From assembly GCA_034520965.1 (NCBI GenBank), contig JAXHMY010000002.1:128001-192000 (forward strand): a DNA stretch of 64,000 nucleotides, written 5' to 3'. The position numbers and the translations under genes were made by a program. Below are positions 18,105 through 28,487 of the stretch, piece after piece (the stretch's first letter is position 1; each line of letters starts with the position of its first letter). Below the pieces are notes generated by a model. The model was not told where the DNA came from and made no database searches. It saw only the letters and a program-made list of their open reading frames with translations. The stretch is from Spirochaetia bacterium. GTDB taxonomy: Bacteria; Spirochaetota; Spirochaetia; DSM-16054; Sediminispirochaetaceae.

Positions 18105-18918
18105 AGTAAAGGTCCTTTCATGGGACGTGTTTACCGGGCAGCGGCCGATGAGGCAAGAAAGCGTAGCCCTTACTATAGGAGTGTTTGACGGAATCCACCG
18201 GGGTCACCAAACTCTTATCGAGAAAATTGTGAACAGGACTGAAAGTGTGCCGACAGTGCTAACTTTCCGCTTTAATCCTCGGCGGTTTTTAAAACCCCAT
18301 CTGTTTCCCGGTGATATTACCTCACAGCATCAGAAGCTGGAGATTTTGGCGGAGCATGGAGTCAAGACAGTCATACTCATTGACTTTTCCAACGATTTTA
18401 GTAAACTGTCAGGTAATGATTTTTTGATGGCAATACGCCAAAGTTGCAATTTAACCTATTTGGTGCTTGGAGATAATTTTAGGTGCGGTTTTCAAGGTAA
18501 GACCAGTGCCTACGATGTGAGAAATATTATGGCAGCGTACAATACACCTGTTGAAATTGCACCACCGGTCAGCTGGAAGGGTGCGACCCTCAGCAGTACC
18601 CGTATTAGAGCTGCACTAAGAGAGGGGCAGATTAAAGACGCCGCTGAAATGATGGGGAGAAACTACATTATAGATATTGCAAACACACCTCAAACTATTG
18701 AGGATTCATATAGAACGATAGGAAAAATGGGATTGCACCAGGTTGTACCACCTCCGGGTACCTATCTGGCAGACATCAAAACCCCTACACACACAACTTC
18801 CGTTCATCTTGATGTGACACAGGAGTACCTCCGGTGGCATCAGCCGGATGAGGAAGAATCCGTATTGATTGAATTTAAAGACATTAAAGGTAAAGGAGAA
18901 AGAAGCTATGCTTGCTAA
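18085..18918 (+). CDS. ribF: FAD synthetase (RibF-like) with an apparently degenerate riboflavin kinase domain
   Basis: [20 protein letters not shown] and LSSTRIR are present; no PTAN kinase motif. Canonical truB-ribF-rpsO position. Confidence 0.8.
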   Translation: MLQRGTEVKVLSWDVFTGQRPMRQESVALTIGVFDGIHRGHQTLIEKIVNRTESVPTVLTFRFNPRRFLKPHLFPGDITSQHQKLEILAEHGVKTVILIDFSNDFSKLSGNDFLMAIRQSCNLTYLVLGDNFRCGFQGKTSAYDVRNIMAAYNTPVEIAPPVSWKGATLSSTRIRAALREGQIKDAAEMMGRNYIIDIANTPQTIEDSYRTIGKMGLHQVVPPPGTYLADIKTPTHTTSVHLDVTQEYLRWHQPDEEESVLIEFKDIKGKGERSYAC

Positions 18919-19174
18919 AGAGAAAAAAGAGGAAATTGTTAAGGAATTCGGTAAAGACGCCCAGGATACCGGGTCTACCGAAGTACAAATAGCGCTCACC
19001 ACCGCCCGAATTACAGAACTCACAGAACATCTGCGGGATAACAAAAAAGATCACAGCAGTCGCAGAGGCCTGCTGAAGCTGGTAGGACACCGGAGAAATC
19101 TGCTGAAGTACCTCAAGAAAACAGATCTTGATAAGTACCGGGAAATTCTCAAGCGTTTGAATCTAAGAAAATAA
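18908..19174 (+). CDS. rpsO: 30S ribosomal protein S15
   Basis: [10 protein letters not shown] and [22 protein letters not shown]. Confidence 0.98.
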   Translation: MLAKEKKEEIVKEFGKDAQDTGSTEVQIALTTARITELTEHLRDNKKDHSSRRGLLKLVGHRRNLLKYLKKTDLDKYREILKRLNLRK

Positions 19175-19186
19175 AGGATAGATTAT

Positions 19187-21400
19187 ATGACTCATAAAGT
19201 GAGTATTAAAATAGGTGAAGAAGAACTCGTTCTAGAAACCGGACACATGGCCAAGCAGGCTAACGGCTCTGTATTTGCTACCTACGGCGGCACGGCAGTT
19301 CTCGCTACCGCCTGTGCGAGTAACAATGTATTAGAGAATATAGATTTCGTACCCCTGCAAGTGGAATACAACGAAAAATATTATGCAGCCGGAAAAATTC
19401 CCGGAGGCTTCCTGAAACGCGAGGGACGTCCCAAGGAAAAAGAGATTCTGGTATGCCGGCTCATTGACCGGCCTTTACGACCTCTGTTTTCAAAAGCCTT
19501 TAAGCGGGAAATACAGGTAGTACCTACAGTTATTTCGGCCGACCAGGTTAATCCGCCTGATATGGTGGCAATGGTTGCCGCATCGGCTGCAGTAGTAATA
19601 TCCGACATTCCCTTCGATGGACCGGTCGGTGCCGTACGAATTGCAAAAGTAGGGAACGATTTTGTTCCCAATCCCTCGTTCGAAAAAACAGAAGAAAGTG
19701 AACTTGATATTGTCGTAGCCGGAACGGCGAGCGGTATTACCATGGTGGAAGGTGGAGCAAAAGAGGTTCCAGAAGATATCATGCTGAAGGCTATTCAGAC
19801 TGCCGAACCCATTATTGCCGAGTTATGCCGGGTTCAGCAGGAACTGGCTGAAAAGGTCGGCAAGGTAAAGCTCCCTATGGCTCCTGAAGTTCCGCCGCTG
19901 CAAAACCGGCAGGAAATCTGGGACTTTGCTTATCCAAAAATGGAAGAGGCCTGCTTCGTTCTCGGTAAACACGAACGCAGTCATGCCATTTCTGAAGTAA
20001 AAGATGCTGCAAAAGAAAAGTTTGCCGACTCGATTACCGAGGATAACCAAAAACAGTTCGGCGCTATTCTAGACGATATGGAAACCCAGATTGTACGCTC
20101 TTCAATTTTAGAAAAGAACCTTCGTACCGATGGCCGCGAACCGGATAAAATACGTCCAATTACGTGTGAAATCGGCGTACTCTCGCGTACCCACGGTAGT
20201 GCACTGTTTACTCGTGGTGAAACTCAGGCCTTAGCCGTTACCACTCTTGGTACTGCGTACGATGAACAGATGCGGGACAATATTGATGGTGAAAAGAGCT
20301 TTGAGCATTTTATGCTGCACTATAACTTTCCTCCCTTCTCGGTTGGTGAAACCGGACGAATGGGTACCGGACGTCGGGAAATTGGTCACGGCCACCTGGC
20401 TTTAAGGGCACTTGAAGGCGTACTGCCGAAGAAAGAGATTTTTCCGTATACCATCCGGCTTGTTTCTGAAATTCTTGAATCCAACGGTTCATCTTCTATG
20501 GCCACCGTGTGCGGCGGCTCCTTGTCATTACTGCAGGCGGGTGTGCACATTCGCAAGCCCGTAGCCGGAATTGCAATGGGGCTGGTAACCGATGGTGAAA
20601 AATCCGTTATTCTCAGCGATATTCTTGGTGAGGAAGATCACCTTGGTGATATGGATTTTAAGGTAACCGGTACCGAAGATGGAATTACCGCCTTTCAGAT
20701 GGACATTAAAATTGCCGGTGTAAGCTCCGAGCTTATGTCACGGGCAATGGAACAGGCTCGGGTTGGTAGACTGCACATTCTTGATATTATGAACGCTACT
20801 ATCAGTGCACCCCAAGAAGATCTCTCCGAGTACGCACCTAAAATTATCACCATGAAGATTGACGAAGAGAAGATTGGTGCGGTCATTGGACCGGGTGGCA
20901 AGGTCATCAAGGGTATCAGTGAGCAGACCGGTTCCGATGTAAAGATAGACGACGATGGAACCATTAAGATATTCGGCAAAACCCAGGCACAAGCAGAAAG
21001 CGCACAAGACCTGGTGAAACAGATTATCGAAGAGCCTGAAGCCGGGAAAATTTACCAGGGCAAGGTGAAACGTATTCTTGACTTTGGCGCGTTCGTCGAA
21101 ATTCTGCCCGGTAAAGAGGGGCTAGTCCATATTTCTAAGCTTTCACGGGAACGGGTACAATCTGTAGAAGATGTACTTGAGCTGAACCAAGAGATTCCGG
21201 TTAAACTGCTGGAAGTAGATAGGATGGGACGGCTGAACCTCAGTTATATCGATGCGATTGATCCCGATGGGGCACCGCAAGGCGGCGGAGAATCCCGCGG
21301 CAGTGGCGGCGGACAGCATCGAGACCGTGGAGACAGAGGTGATCGAGGGGGTGACCGAAAAGGAAACTCTCACCGGCCTCCCAGCCGCCGGAGAGATTAA
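19187..21400 (+). CDS. pnp: polyribonucleotide nucleotidyltransferase
   Basis: [28 protein letters not shown] and DMDFKV motifs; KH and S1 domains. Confidence 0.98.
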   Translation: MTHKVSIKIGEEELVLETGHMAKQANGSVFATYGGTAVLATACASNNVLENIDFVPLQVEYNEKYYAAGKIPGGFLKREGRPKEKEILVCRLIDRPLRPLFSKAFKREIQVVPTVISADQVNPPDMVAMVAASAAVVISDIPFDGPVGAVRIAKVGNDFVPNPSFEKTEESELDIVVAGTASGITMVEGGAKEVPEDIMLKAIQTAEPIIAELCRVQQELAEKVGKVKLPMAPEVPPLQNRQEIWDFAYPKMEEACFVLGKHERSHAISEVKDAAKEKFADSITEDNQKQFGAILDDMETQIVRSSILEKNLRTDGREPDKIRPITCEIGVLSRTHGSALFTRGETQALAVTTLGTAYDEQMRDNIDGEKSFEHFMLHYNFPPFSVGETGRMGTGRREIGHGHLALRALEGVLPKKEIFPYTIRLVSEILESNGSSSMATVCGGSLSLLQAGVHIRKPVAGIAMGLVTDGEKSVILSDILGEEDHLGDMDFKVTGTEDGITAFQMDIKIAGVSSELMSRAMEQARVGRLHILDIMNATISAPQEDLSEYAPKIITMKIDEEKIGAVIGPGGKVIKGISEQTGSDVKIDDDGTIKIFGKTQAQAESAQDLVKQIIEEPEAGKIYQGKVKRILDFGAFVEILPGKEGLVHISKLSRERVQSVEDVLELNQEIPVKLLEVDRMGRLNLSYIDAIDPDGAPQGGGESRGSGGGQHRDRGDRGDRGGDRKGNSHRPPSRRRD

Positions 21401-21403
21401 TCG

Positions 21404-21841
21404 ATGAATAAAATTGTCGTTCATGGAAGTTTTGGGTCGGAGAATGTACCACAATACACTTCTGCCCATGCTTCTGGAGCCGATATACAAGCCCTGCTTG
21501 AAGAACCGCTCACCCTGCAACCGGGCGAGCGGGGACTTGTGCCTACCGGTATTGTACTGGAGATCCCTGATGGCTACGAAGCGCAAGTACGGCCGCGGTC
21601 AGGCCTGGCAATTCGGCATGGCGTGGGCGTTTTAAACGCTCCCGGTACTGTCGATGCCGATTATCGGGGTGAAATAAAAGTAGTACTGATAAATCTTGGA
21701 CAAGAGCCGTATACCATACAAAACGGAGACCGTATTGCACAGATGGTATTTGCACCGGTAATCCGAGCTGAATTTTATCACAATATTAAATTATCTGAAA
21801 CTGAACGCGGATCAGGTGGTTTCGGCTCCACCGGAACCTGA
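21404..21841 (+). CDS. dut: dUTP diphosphatase
   Basis: [33 protein letters not shown]. Confidence 0.97.
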   Translation: MNKIVVHGSFGSENVPQYTSAHASGADIQALLEEPLTLQPGERGLVPTGIVLEIPDGYEAQVRPRSGLAIRHGVGVLNAPGTVDADYRGEIKVVLINLGQEPYTIQNGDRIAQMVFAPVIRAEFYHNIKLSETERGSGGFGSTGT

Positions 21842-21861
21842 AAAAGTGGTACACTTTTTAG

Positions 21862-23205
21862 ATGAGCGCTCCATCTTTCACTTCTATCTTTCAAAAGAGC
21901 TTTCGAACTACCTATCACAGAAGGTATCACAGAATATCCCTCTACATCGGCTCGGAATTTCTGTTCTCTTTTTTTGTGGCCTTCCTCTTTTTTTTCGGCA
22001 TATTTTTTGTAAACCAGCTGTTGCTCTTAGCGGAAGAGATTTTGGCCAAAGATGTGGGTTTGCTTGATGTAGCACTGCTTATTATCTATTCGCTGCCTGC
22101 AATTGTATCTTTTACTTTTCCCTTTGCCTCGTTGGTAGGCGGCCTTATGGCTATTGGGAGGCTCTCTTCAGATAGCGAAATTCTGGCCTTTCGTGCCTCC
22201 GGAATACCATACCGCCGCCTTTTATACCCATTGATCGTATTAGGGCTTGCATTTTCTCTTTTCTCTTTCGCCATGGGGGATTATTTTCTGCCTAGGGGCA
22301 CTCTAAGCTTTGGGAAACTCTATCGCGAAATTTTGTATTCAAATCCGGCTTTGGAGCTTGAGTCAAACTCGGTGAAAGAGTACCAGGATACCACCCTCGT
22401 AACCGGTGAAATAATTGCAGGGACCATCTACGATCTGGTTATCATGGATACAACCGATGAAGGGGAAAAACGGGTTATTATGGCCGATACAGCTCTGCTC
22501 AGAGAAAGCAGCAGCCAGAGCGGTGTTATCGGGCTGACCCTGCGCAACGTCTTTGGCCATGCGGTACCTGCCAAAGCAACTAATAACTATCACTATTTTG
22601 AAGCTGAAGAGATGATATACAATATTCTGCTGCGTGATATCAGCTACTCCCTCGGCTCATTGACGCCGCGGGAGATGAGTAGTATAGATGTATATAAGGA
22701 AATCCGCATAAAAGAGGCGGCTCTAAAGGAACGCATCAAAAATCAAGCGCTCGCAGTTGAACAGGAGCGTTACCTTCTTCTGCAAGGTTACCTACACAGG
22801 GTGTACAGTCCTGCATCTAATTCCGCACCCGGCTCTTCATCCGGCTCTGCGCAAAATCAATTAGAACAGAAATACTCCCAGTTTCAACAAATGAAAAACC
22901 GAGAGATTCAAAGTAAATCCCTGCAAATACACAAAATCGAATTATACAAAAAAATGGCAATTCCCTTTGGATGCCTTGCTTTTGTGTTTTTCTTTTTTCC
23001 CGCAGGCACTTTCTCTAAAAAAAGCGGACGTTCCGTAGGCTTTGGGATCGGTTTATTAATCTCGGTGCTCTACTGGGCCATGCTGTTTGCCGGGCAGACC
23101 CTGGGTTTGCGAATGGACTTCTCTCCAGTAGCTGCAATGTGGCTGCCGAATGTAATCATTGTAGCTATTGGTATAATTCTATATCGAGCAAGGTTATCAC
23201 GATGA
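21862..23205 (+). CDS. lptF: LptF/LptG family permease (LptF-like)
   Basis: Multi-TM; GRLSSDSEILAFRASGI and AAMWLPN. Confidence 0.8.
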   Translation: MSAPSFTSIFQKSFRTTYHRRYHRISLYIGSEFLFSFFVAFLFFFGIFFVNQLLLLAEEILAKDVGLLDVALLIIYSLPAIVSFTFPFASLVGGLMAIGRLSSDSEILAFRASGIPYRRLLYPLIVLGLAFSLFSFAMGDYFLPRGTLSFGKLYREILYSNPALELESNSVKEYQDTTLVTGEIIAGTIYDLVIMDTTDEGEKRVIMADTALLRESSSQSGVIGLTLRNVFGHAVPAKATNNYHYFEAEEMIYNILLRDISYSLGSLTPREMSSIDVYKEIRIKEAALKERIKNQALAVEQERYLLLQGYLHRVYSPASNSAPGSSSGSAQNQLEQKYSQFQQMKNREIQSKSLQIHKIELYKKMAIPFGCLAFVFFFFPAGTFSKKSGRSVGFGIGLLISVLYWAMLFAGQTLGLRMDFSPVAAMWLPNVIIVAIGIILYRARLSR

Positions 23206-24296
23206 AAACGCTTCATTTTATGCTGCTCAGAAGTTTTTTGCCGATATTTCTCATATCACTTCTGTTTTTTGTACTTACCCTTGAAATGGTTGATGTGTTT
23301 GCAAACCTGTGGCGCTATCTGAATAATGACGCTTCCATCAAGGAAATACTGCAAGTTTCGCTGCTCTACCTGCCTACAAGTACAAGTTATGCGCTTCCGC
23401 CGGCCCTTTTGTTTGCCGTTTCATTTACCCTCGGCAATCTTTACGCCCGTAACGAGCTGATTGCCATTTTAGGGGCCGGAATTTCCTTTGTAAAACTAAT
23501 TGTGCCGCTATTTGTAATCGGTCTTTTGTTAAGCTTTGCTTATTTTTTCTTCCACGAAGCCCTGGTAATTGATACCTTCGCACACAAAAACCAGCTGTCC
23601 CGAGAATTACTTGGCCAGAAAGTTTCCTACAGTAATACCGATATTACCGTAATAGGAGAGACCAATAACAATGTATATCATGCCGATTATTATAACGATT
23701 CGGCTAAAACTCTTTCCGGTCTTACGGTACTGCAGAGAGGGGCGCACTCTAAGTTTATAGGAAGAATAGAAGCCGGGTGGGCTGAATTTGTATTGGATAA
23801 CGATGGAAAAGGCAGCTGGGTGCTGCATGAGGTGAATGAATATAAAACCGCTGAAGAGGGGGAATTGGTACACAATTCTCATAGACGCATCGACGCCCCG
23901 TTTATCGAACTAACCCCCTTTCATTTTCAACGTAAAACAAAAAATGTTGAAGAGCTGCATTATGGCGAGGCACGCGAATGGATAGAGGCGTTGAGAAAAT
24001 CCGGCCGTAGTGGTTATAAGGCCGCCCTTACGGATTACTATAAGCGCTTTTCATTTGCCCTGACTCCCTTTATAGTAATACTTATCTCGGCCGCCATAGG
24101 ATCCAGGTTCAAAAAAAATATTTTGCTTATGAGTCTCATGGTCAGTCTAATTTTGTCCGTGATATATTATGTGAGCGACATGATCTTGGGTTTATTCGCT
24201 AAACAGGGTATTATTGAACCTGCAACCGGAGCATGGGCGGCGGTGCTCTTTTTTCTAGCTGCCGGTACTATTTTACTAAGACATGCCAAAACTTAA
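23202..24296 (+). CDS. lptG: LptF/LptG family permease (LptG-like)
   Basis: Multi-TM; RNELIAILGAGIS; ATGA overlap with the upstream paralog. Confidence 0.8.
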   Translation: MKTLHFMLLRSFLPIFLISLLFFVLTLEMVDVFANLWRYLNNDASIKEILQVSLLYLPTSTSYALPPALLFAVSFTLGNLYARNELIAILGAGISFVKLIVPLFVIGLLLSFAYFFFHEALVIDTFAHKNQLSRELLGQKVSYSNTDITVIGETNNNVYHADYYNDSAKTLSGLTVLQRGAHSKFIGRIEAGWAEFVLDNDGKGSWVLHEVNEYKTAEEGELVHNSHRRIDAPFIELTPFHFQRKTKNVEELHYGEAREWIEALRKSGRSGYKAALTDYYKRFSFALTPFIVILISAAIGSRFKKNILLMSLMVSLILSVIYYVSDMILGLFAKQGIIEPATGAWAAVLFFLAAGTILLRHAKT

Positions 24297-24307
24297 GAGG
24301 GAAGATC

Positions 24308-25453
24308 ATGCTTTTTAAAACAACTCATAACGATTCGGGTAGTCGTGCTCGTACGGGAATATTAGAACTGCCCCACGGCAGTGTGCCTACACCGATGTTT
24401 ATGCCTGTGGGAACAAATGCAACTGTAAAAGCGATGCTCCACGAAAGCATTTCCAAAATAGGCTACAACCTTATTCTTGGTAATACCTATCACCTGTTTT
24501 TACGGCCGGGGAAGGAGGTGATAGATCATTACGGGAGTCTACATAATTTTAGTAACTGGCAGGGAAACATTCTTACCGACAGCGGCGGCTTTCAGGTGTT
24601 CAGCCTGGCTCCATTTCGGAAAATAAAAGAGGAAGGGGTAAGATTTCGCTCCCACATCGATGGAGCTTACCATATGCTCACCCCGGAAGACGTCGTAGGC
24701 CTGCAAGAGAGTTTTAAAAGCGATATTGCCATGTGTCTGGATGTCTGTACGCCTCCCGACATCACCTATAAACAGGCCTTGGAGGCACTGGAACTGACCA
24801 GCCGCTGGGCCGCCCGCAGCAAAAAACGCCGGCAACAGGCCGCCTCAGACTGGCAGGGACATTTGTTTGGTATTATCCAGGGCAACTTTTATAAGGACCT
24901 GCGAAAACGAAGCACCGAAGAAATTTTAGAACTCGACCTGCCGGGGGTAGCGATCGGCGGTTTATCAGTGGGAGAAACATTTAGCCAGTTCGAAGACTAT
25001 CTTGCCCATTCAGCTGAACTGCTGCCCCAGGAAAAACCGCGATACTTGATGGGTATCGGAACCCCCGACTATATTCTGAGCGCCGTTGAACACGGTATCG
25101 ACATGTTCGACTGTGTGTTTGCAACCCGTACCGCTCGTACCGGTACTGTATTTACCGACGATGGTATGATCGCCCTTAAGAAAGCAGCCCATCGCTTTGA
25201 TAAAGGTCCAATTGTAGAAGGCTGCACCTGTCCCGCCTGCAGCCAATACTCCCGGGGCTATCTACGGCACTTATTCAAAACAAACGAGATTTTAGGTTCA
25301 ATGCTGGCAACTGAACATAATCTACAGTATCTGTACGATTTTATTCAAAAGATACATACCGCTATTTACAACAACAGTTTTAGAGAGTTTAAGGCAACTT
25401 ACTTAAAACGCTTTTTTGCCGGTAACACAAAAAATGCCGTCACCACAGAGTAA
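24308..25453 (+). CDS. tgt: tRNA-guanine(34) transglycosylase
   Basis: TPMFMPVGT, NTYHL, DSGGFQ, GGLSVGE, PRYLMGIG, DMFDCV, CxCxxC. Confidence 0.97.
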   Translation: MLFKTTHNDSGSRARTGILELPHGSVPTPMFMPVGTNATVKAMLHESISKIGYNLILGNTYHLFLRPGKEVIDHYGSLHNFSNWQGNILTDSGGFQVFSLAPFRKIKEEGVRFRSHIDGAYHMLTPEDVVGLQESFKSDIAMCLDVCTPPDITYKQALEALELTSRWAARSKKRRQQAASDWQGHLFGIIQGNFYKDLRKRSTEEILELDLPGVAIGGLSVGETFSQFEDYLAHSAELLPQEKPRYLMGIGTPDYILSAVEHGIDMFDCVFATRTARTGTVFTDDGMIALKKAAHRFDKGPIVEGCTCPACSQYSRGYLRHLFKTNEILGSMLATEHNLQYLYDFIQKIHTAIYNNSFREFKATYLKRFFAGNTKNAVTTE

Positions 25454-25457
25454 CAGT

Positions 25458-27041
25458 ATGAAAGAGCAAAGCACCGGGCAGAGCACCCTAGCTACATTTA
25501 TTGTGATGTCCAGCACATTCATCTCAAGAATTCTGGGCTTTGTAAGAACCGCTGCAATCACCGCAATTTTCGGTGCCACCGGCAAAGCCGACATTATCAA
25601 CGTCACCTTTGCAGTACCTAACAATCTGAGAAAATTGCTGGCTGAAGGAGCTCTCTCATCGGCCTTTATTCCGGTGTTGTCCGAGGCAATTGTGGAAGAG
25701 GGGGAGCAGCCGGAGCGTTCAAAACTTTTAGTTCGCCATTTAATTGGATTCCAGCTGCTCATTATCATTCCATTGTGCAGCCTTTCAATTATTTTTGCAG
25801 GCCCCCTTATTCAGTTTGTCCTAACCCAGTTTAAGGATGCTGAGCAGCTTGCATTATCGACCAAGCTGTTCCGTTTTTTTATTAACTATTTACTGTTTAT
25901 CAGCGTAAGTGCGGTAATAATCGGAGTACTCAACTCTCACAGCCGTTTTTTCATTCCGGCTATTACCCCAATTATCTTTTCTGTGTCGGTAATAGCTTCT
26001 ATCATCATATTTCACAGTTCCCTAGGCATATTTTCAATGGCGGTTGGGGTGCTGATCGGCGGAGCGGGACAGGTGGCATTCCAATATCCGCTTTTCCGGC
26101 GAATGGGTTATTCTGTCCTGCCGGCCTTTGACTTTGTACGTAACCCGGACTTTGTGCGTATTATGCGCCAATGGGCACCGGTGGTAGCAACCTCCTCAGT
26201 TTTCACAGTAAACCAACAGGTTGCCTTTATTCTGGCCTCAGGGTTAGAAACCGGAAGTGCCTCGGCTCTCTCCTACGCCCTGGTATTCTGGCAGCTGCCC
26301 TTCGGCATATTTTCAACTTCCATCACCACTGTGTTGTTTCCCAAGATGAGCCGGCAGGTTTCACAAAACGACCTCTCAGGACTGCGTGAGAGCGTGCAGT
26401 ACGGCCTACGCTTCCTATTGGCACTCCTGATACCCTCGGCACTTGTTATGAGTCTGATGGGAAGTGAGATTATATCGATAGCGATTCAAAGGGGTATGTT
26501 CCGCACTGAGGACACCGAATTAACCGCCTTTGTACTTACCGGTTTTTGTTACGGCCTATTTAGCGTGGGAGCCTTCAATTTCTTGCAGCGCTATTTTTAC
26601 AGTTCCAAACAGTACGCTTTTCCATTTTATGTTGCTTTAGGAGTGCTGATAGTTGATGTGACCTTATCTTTAATTTTGAAAGAGACGGCACTGCGGGTGG
26701 CCGGTCTCTCGATAGCCAACTCCATCTCCTTTAGTCTGGGGCTTATTGTTCTCTTTTTGCATGCATATCGTCAATTAGGTTGGCTTTCCCTGGGGGCACT
26801 TGGATTAACGGCTCTGAAAGTTATTGGAGCATCCTTGCCGGTGGCTCTTGTAATTCTTAAAATGCAGTCACTCTTTGGTCCCTACTGGCGCACCGGAAGC
26901 AGCCTGGCCGGATTAGGCTTTCTGCTGATAGAAATTGCAGTTATAATGACAATGTATGTAGTTTTGTACCGTATTTTGAGGGTTGAAATGGTGAGCTATT
27001 TATTTAAGCGCTTCAAACGAAAAGCCGAGAAGGAAGGGTGA
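25458..27041 (+). CDS. murJ: lipid II flippase MurJ
   Basis: SRILGFVR, PNNLRKLLAEGALSSAFIPV, QLPFGIF. Confidence 0.95.
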   Translation: MKEQSTGQSTLATFIVMSSTFISRILGFVRTAAITAIFGATGKADIINVTFAVPNNLRKLLAEGALSSAFIPVLSEAIVEEGEQPERSKLLVRHLIGFQLLIIIPLCSLSIIFAGPLIQFVLTQFKDAEQLALSTKLFRFFINYLLFISVSAVIIGVLNSHSRFFIPAITPIIFSVSVIASIIIFHSSLGIFSMAVGVLIGGAGQVAFQYPLFRRMGYSVLPAFDFVRNPDFVRIMRQWAPVVATSSVFTVNQQVAFILASGLETGSASALSYALVFWQLPFGIFSTSITTVLFPKMSRQVSQNDLSGLRESVQYGLRFLLALLIPSALVMSLMGSEIISIAIQRGMFRTEDTELTAFVLTGFCYGLFSVGAFNFLQRYFYSSKQYAFPFYVALGVLIVDVTLSLILKETALRVAGLSIANSISFSLGLIVLFLHAYRQLGWLSLGALGLTALKVIGASLPVALVILKMQSLFGPYWRTGSSLAGLGFLLIEIAVIMTMYVVLYRILRVEMVSYLFKRFKRKAEKEG

Positions 27042-28477
27042 TGTACACAAAATTTTTGTTTCTTTACGGATCTTCGGATCGATTATTACAACCGCACCTC
27101 CATCAAGTGGGGCTAAAAGTACTTCTGCTTGGAATGCTTCTTTTGTTCACACTCGTTGTACAGCCCCTGCTTGCCCAGGAAACTTCGGAAACTGAGACAG
27201 AAAATGAAAAAGAAGAGATAAGCCTTGAGGAGCAACGAAAACTTACTATAAAGTACGGAATAGACTCGCAGATATTAGAGCTCATTTCGCAGCTTAAGGA
27301 TCAAAAAAACGATGACTATCTACCCGAATTGGAAGAACAGTTTAGCACTACCTCCAATACAAATATCAAAGCTTCAATCGTCGGTTTATTTGAATCTTTA
27401 GAGAACGATGGTATTGTTGATGAGGCTTTTGAGCAACTGAAGGAATATGACGACCTGGAAGCGGATTTTGTATTAGATTTAATACACTATATTGATGAGT
27501 ATCAGACCGACTCCATCACCGCCGTATTTTATGAAATGCTCGACGATCCAAGGACGGAAGTTGCCTCCGCAGCTCTCAAGGCAATAGGGGAATCAGAACG
27601 AGAGCAGTATGCCCAGAAACTCCTGGACCTGTATGAAGACCAATTGTTCCGTGATGCACTGAAAGCTCCACTTATTACCGCTCTCGGAGAGCTTGGAGAT
27701 CCTGAGGCCTTTGAGATGCTGGACAGAATTGTGAGCGATGAAGATCAATCAAAATCGCTGCGGTGGAGGGCGTGCCTGGCCTTAGGAAAAATAGGCGGAG
27801 ATAAGGCCTTCGAATCGGTAAGCCAACTCTTGAATGACGACGACCCAATTCTGCGTTCCTACGCCGTGAGCGCCCTTGGTTATTTTGATCAGGACGGCAC
27901 TGTGAAGATCCTCATCGACGCTTTAAGAGACGGCATGTGGAGAGTGAGGGTACAGGCAGCCGAAGCTCTCGGTCGCAGGCAGGCTAATGAGGCGCTGGAT
28001 ATCCTTAAGTATAAAGCTGAATACGATCCGGATATAAGAAATGTCCGGCTTACCGCCGTACGGGCTATCGGTAAATTAGACAGTCGCGAAGGCTATAACT
28101 TTCTGCGTGAACTCTACAGCTCACAGAAAACCCCTGCGGGACTTCGCACCGCAGCAATTAAAATACTAGTTGAGGAGGATCTGAAAAACTCTTTAAATGT
28201 GATCAACGAAGTGTTTGAAGAGGAGTGGGGGAAAGACAAATCGTCTATTTTAGATTACACCTGTAAAATGTTATCAACTAAAGAATCCAATAGCTTAGCT
28301 CCGCTATATAAAAAAATGTTGAACCATCCCTCTCATATAAACCTGCTGTACTACGGACTGCGAGGGGTTAGACTGAATAAAGTCGGCTCGCTTAGAGCAG
28401 AAGTAGAGGATTTGACAGCCAAAAATGTAAGTCGCGGAGTACAATCGCTGGCCAAAAAGGTGCTTGAGGAACTATAA
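27038..28477 (+). CDS. exported HEAT-repeat protein
   Basis: Signal-like hydrophobic segment ending in LLAQ; repeats of the R..A..ALG type (RWRACLALG, RSYAVSALG, RVQAAEALG); start uncertain. Confidence 0.8.
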   Translation: MMYTKFLFLYGSSDRLLQPHLHQVGLKVLLLGMLLLFTLVVQPLLAQETSETETENEKEEISLEEQRKLTIKYGIDSQILELISQLKDQKNDDYLPELEEQFSTTSNTNIKASIVGLFESLENDGIVDEAFEQLKEYDDLEADFVLDLIHYIDEYQTDSITAVFYEMLDDPRTEVASAALKAIGESEREQYAQKLLDLYEDQLFRDALKAPLITALGELGDPEAFEMLDRIVSDEDQSKSLRWRACLALGKIGGDKAFESVSQLLNDDDPILRSYAVSALGYFDQDGTVKILIDALRDGMWRVRVQAAEALGRRQANEALDILKYKAEYDPDIRNVRLTAVRAIGKLDSREGYNFLRELYSSQKTPAGLRTAAIKILVEEDLKNSLNVINEVFEEEWGKDKSSILDYTCKMLSTKESNSLAPLYKKMLNHPSHINLLYYGLRGVRLNKVGSLRAEVEDLTAKNVSRGVQSLAKKVLEEL

Positions 28478-28487
28478 CAAGTCGCTT

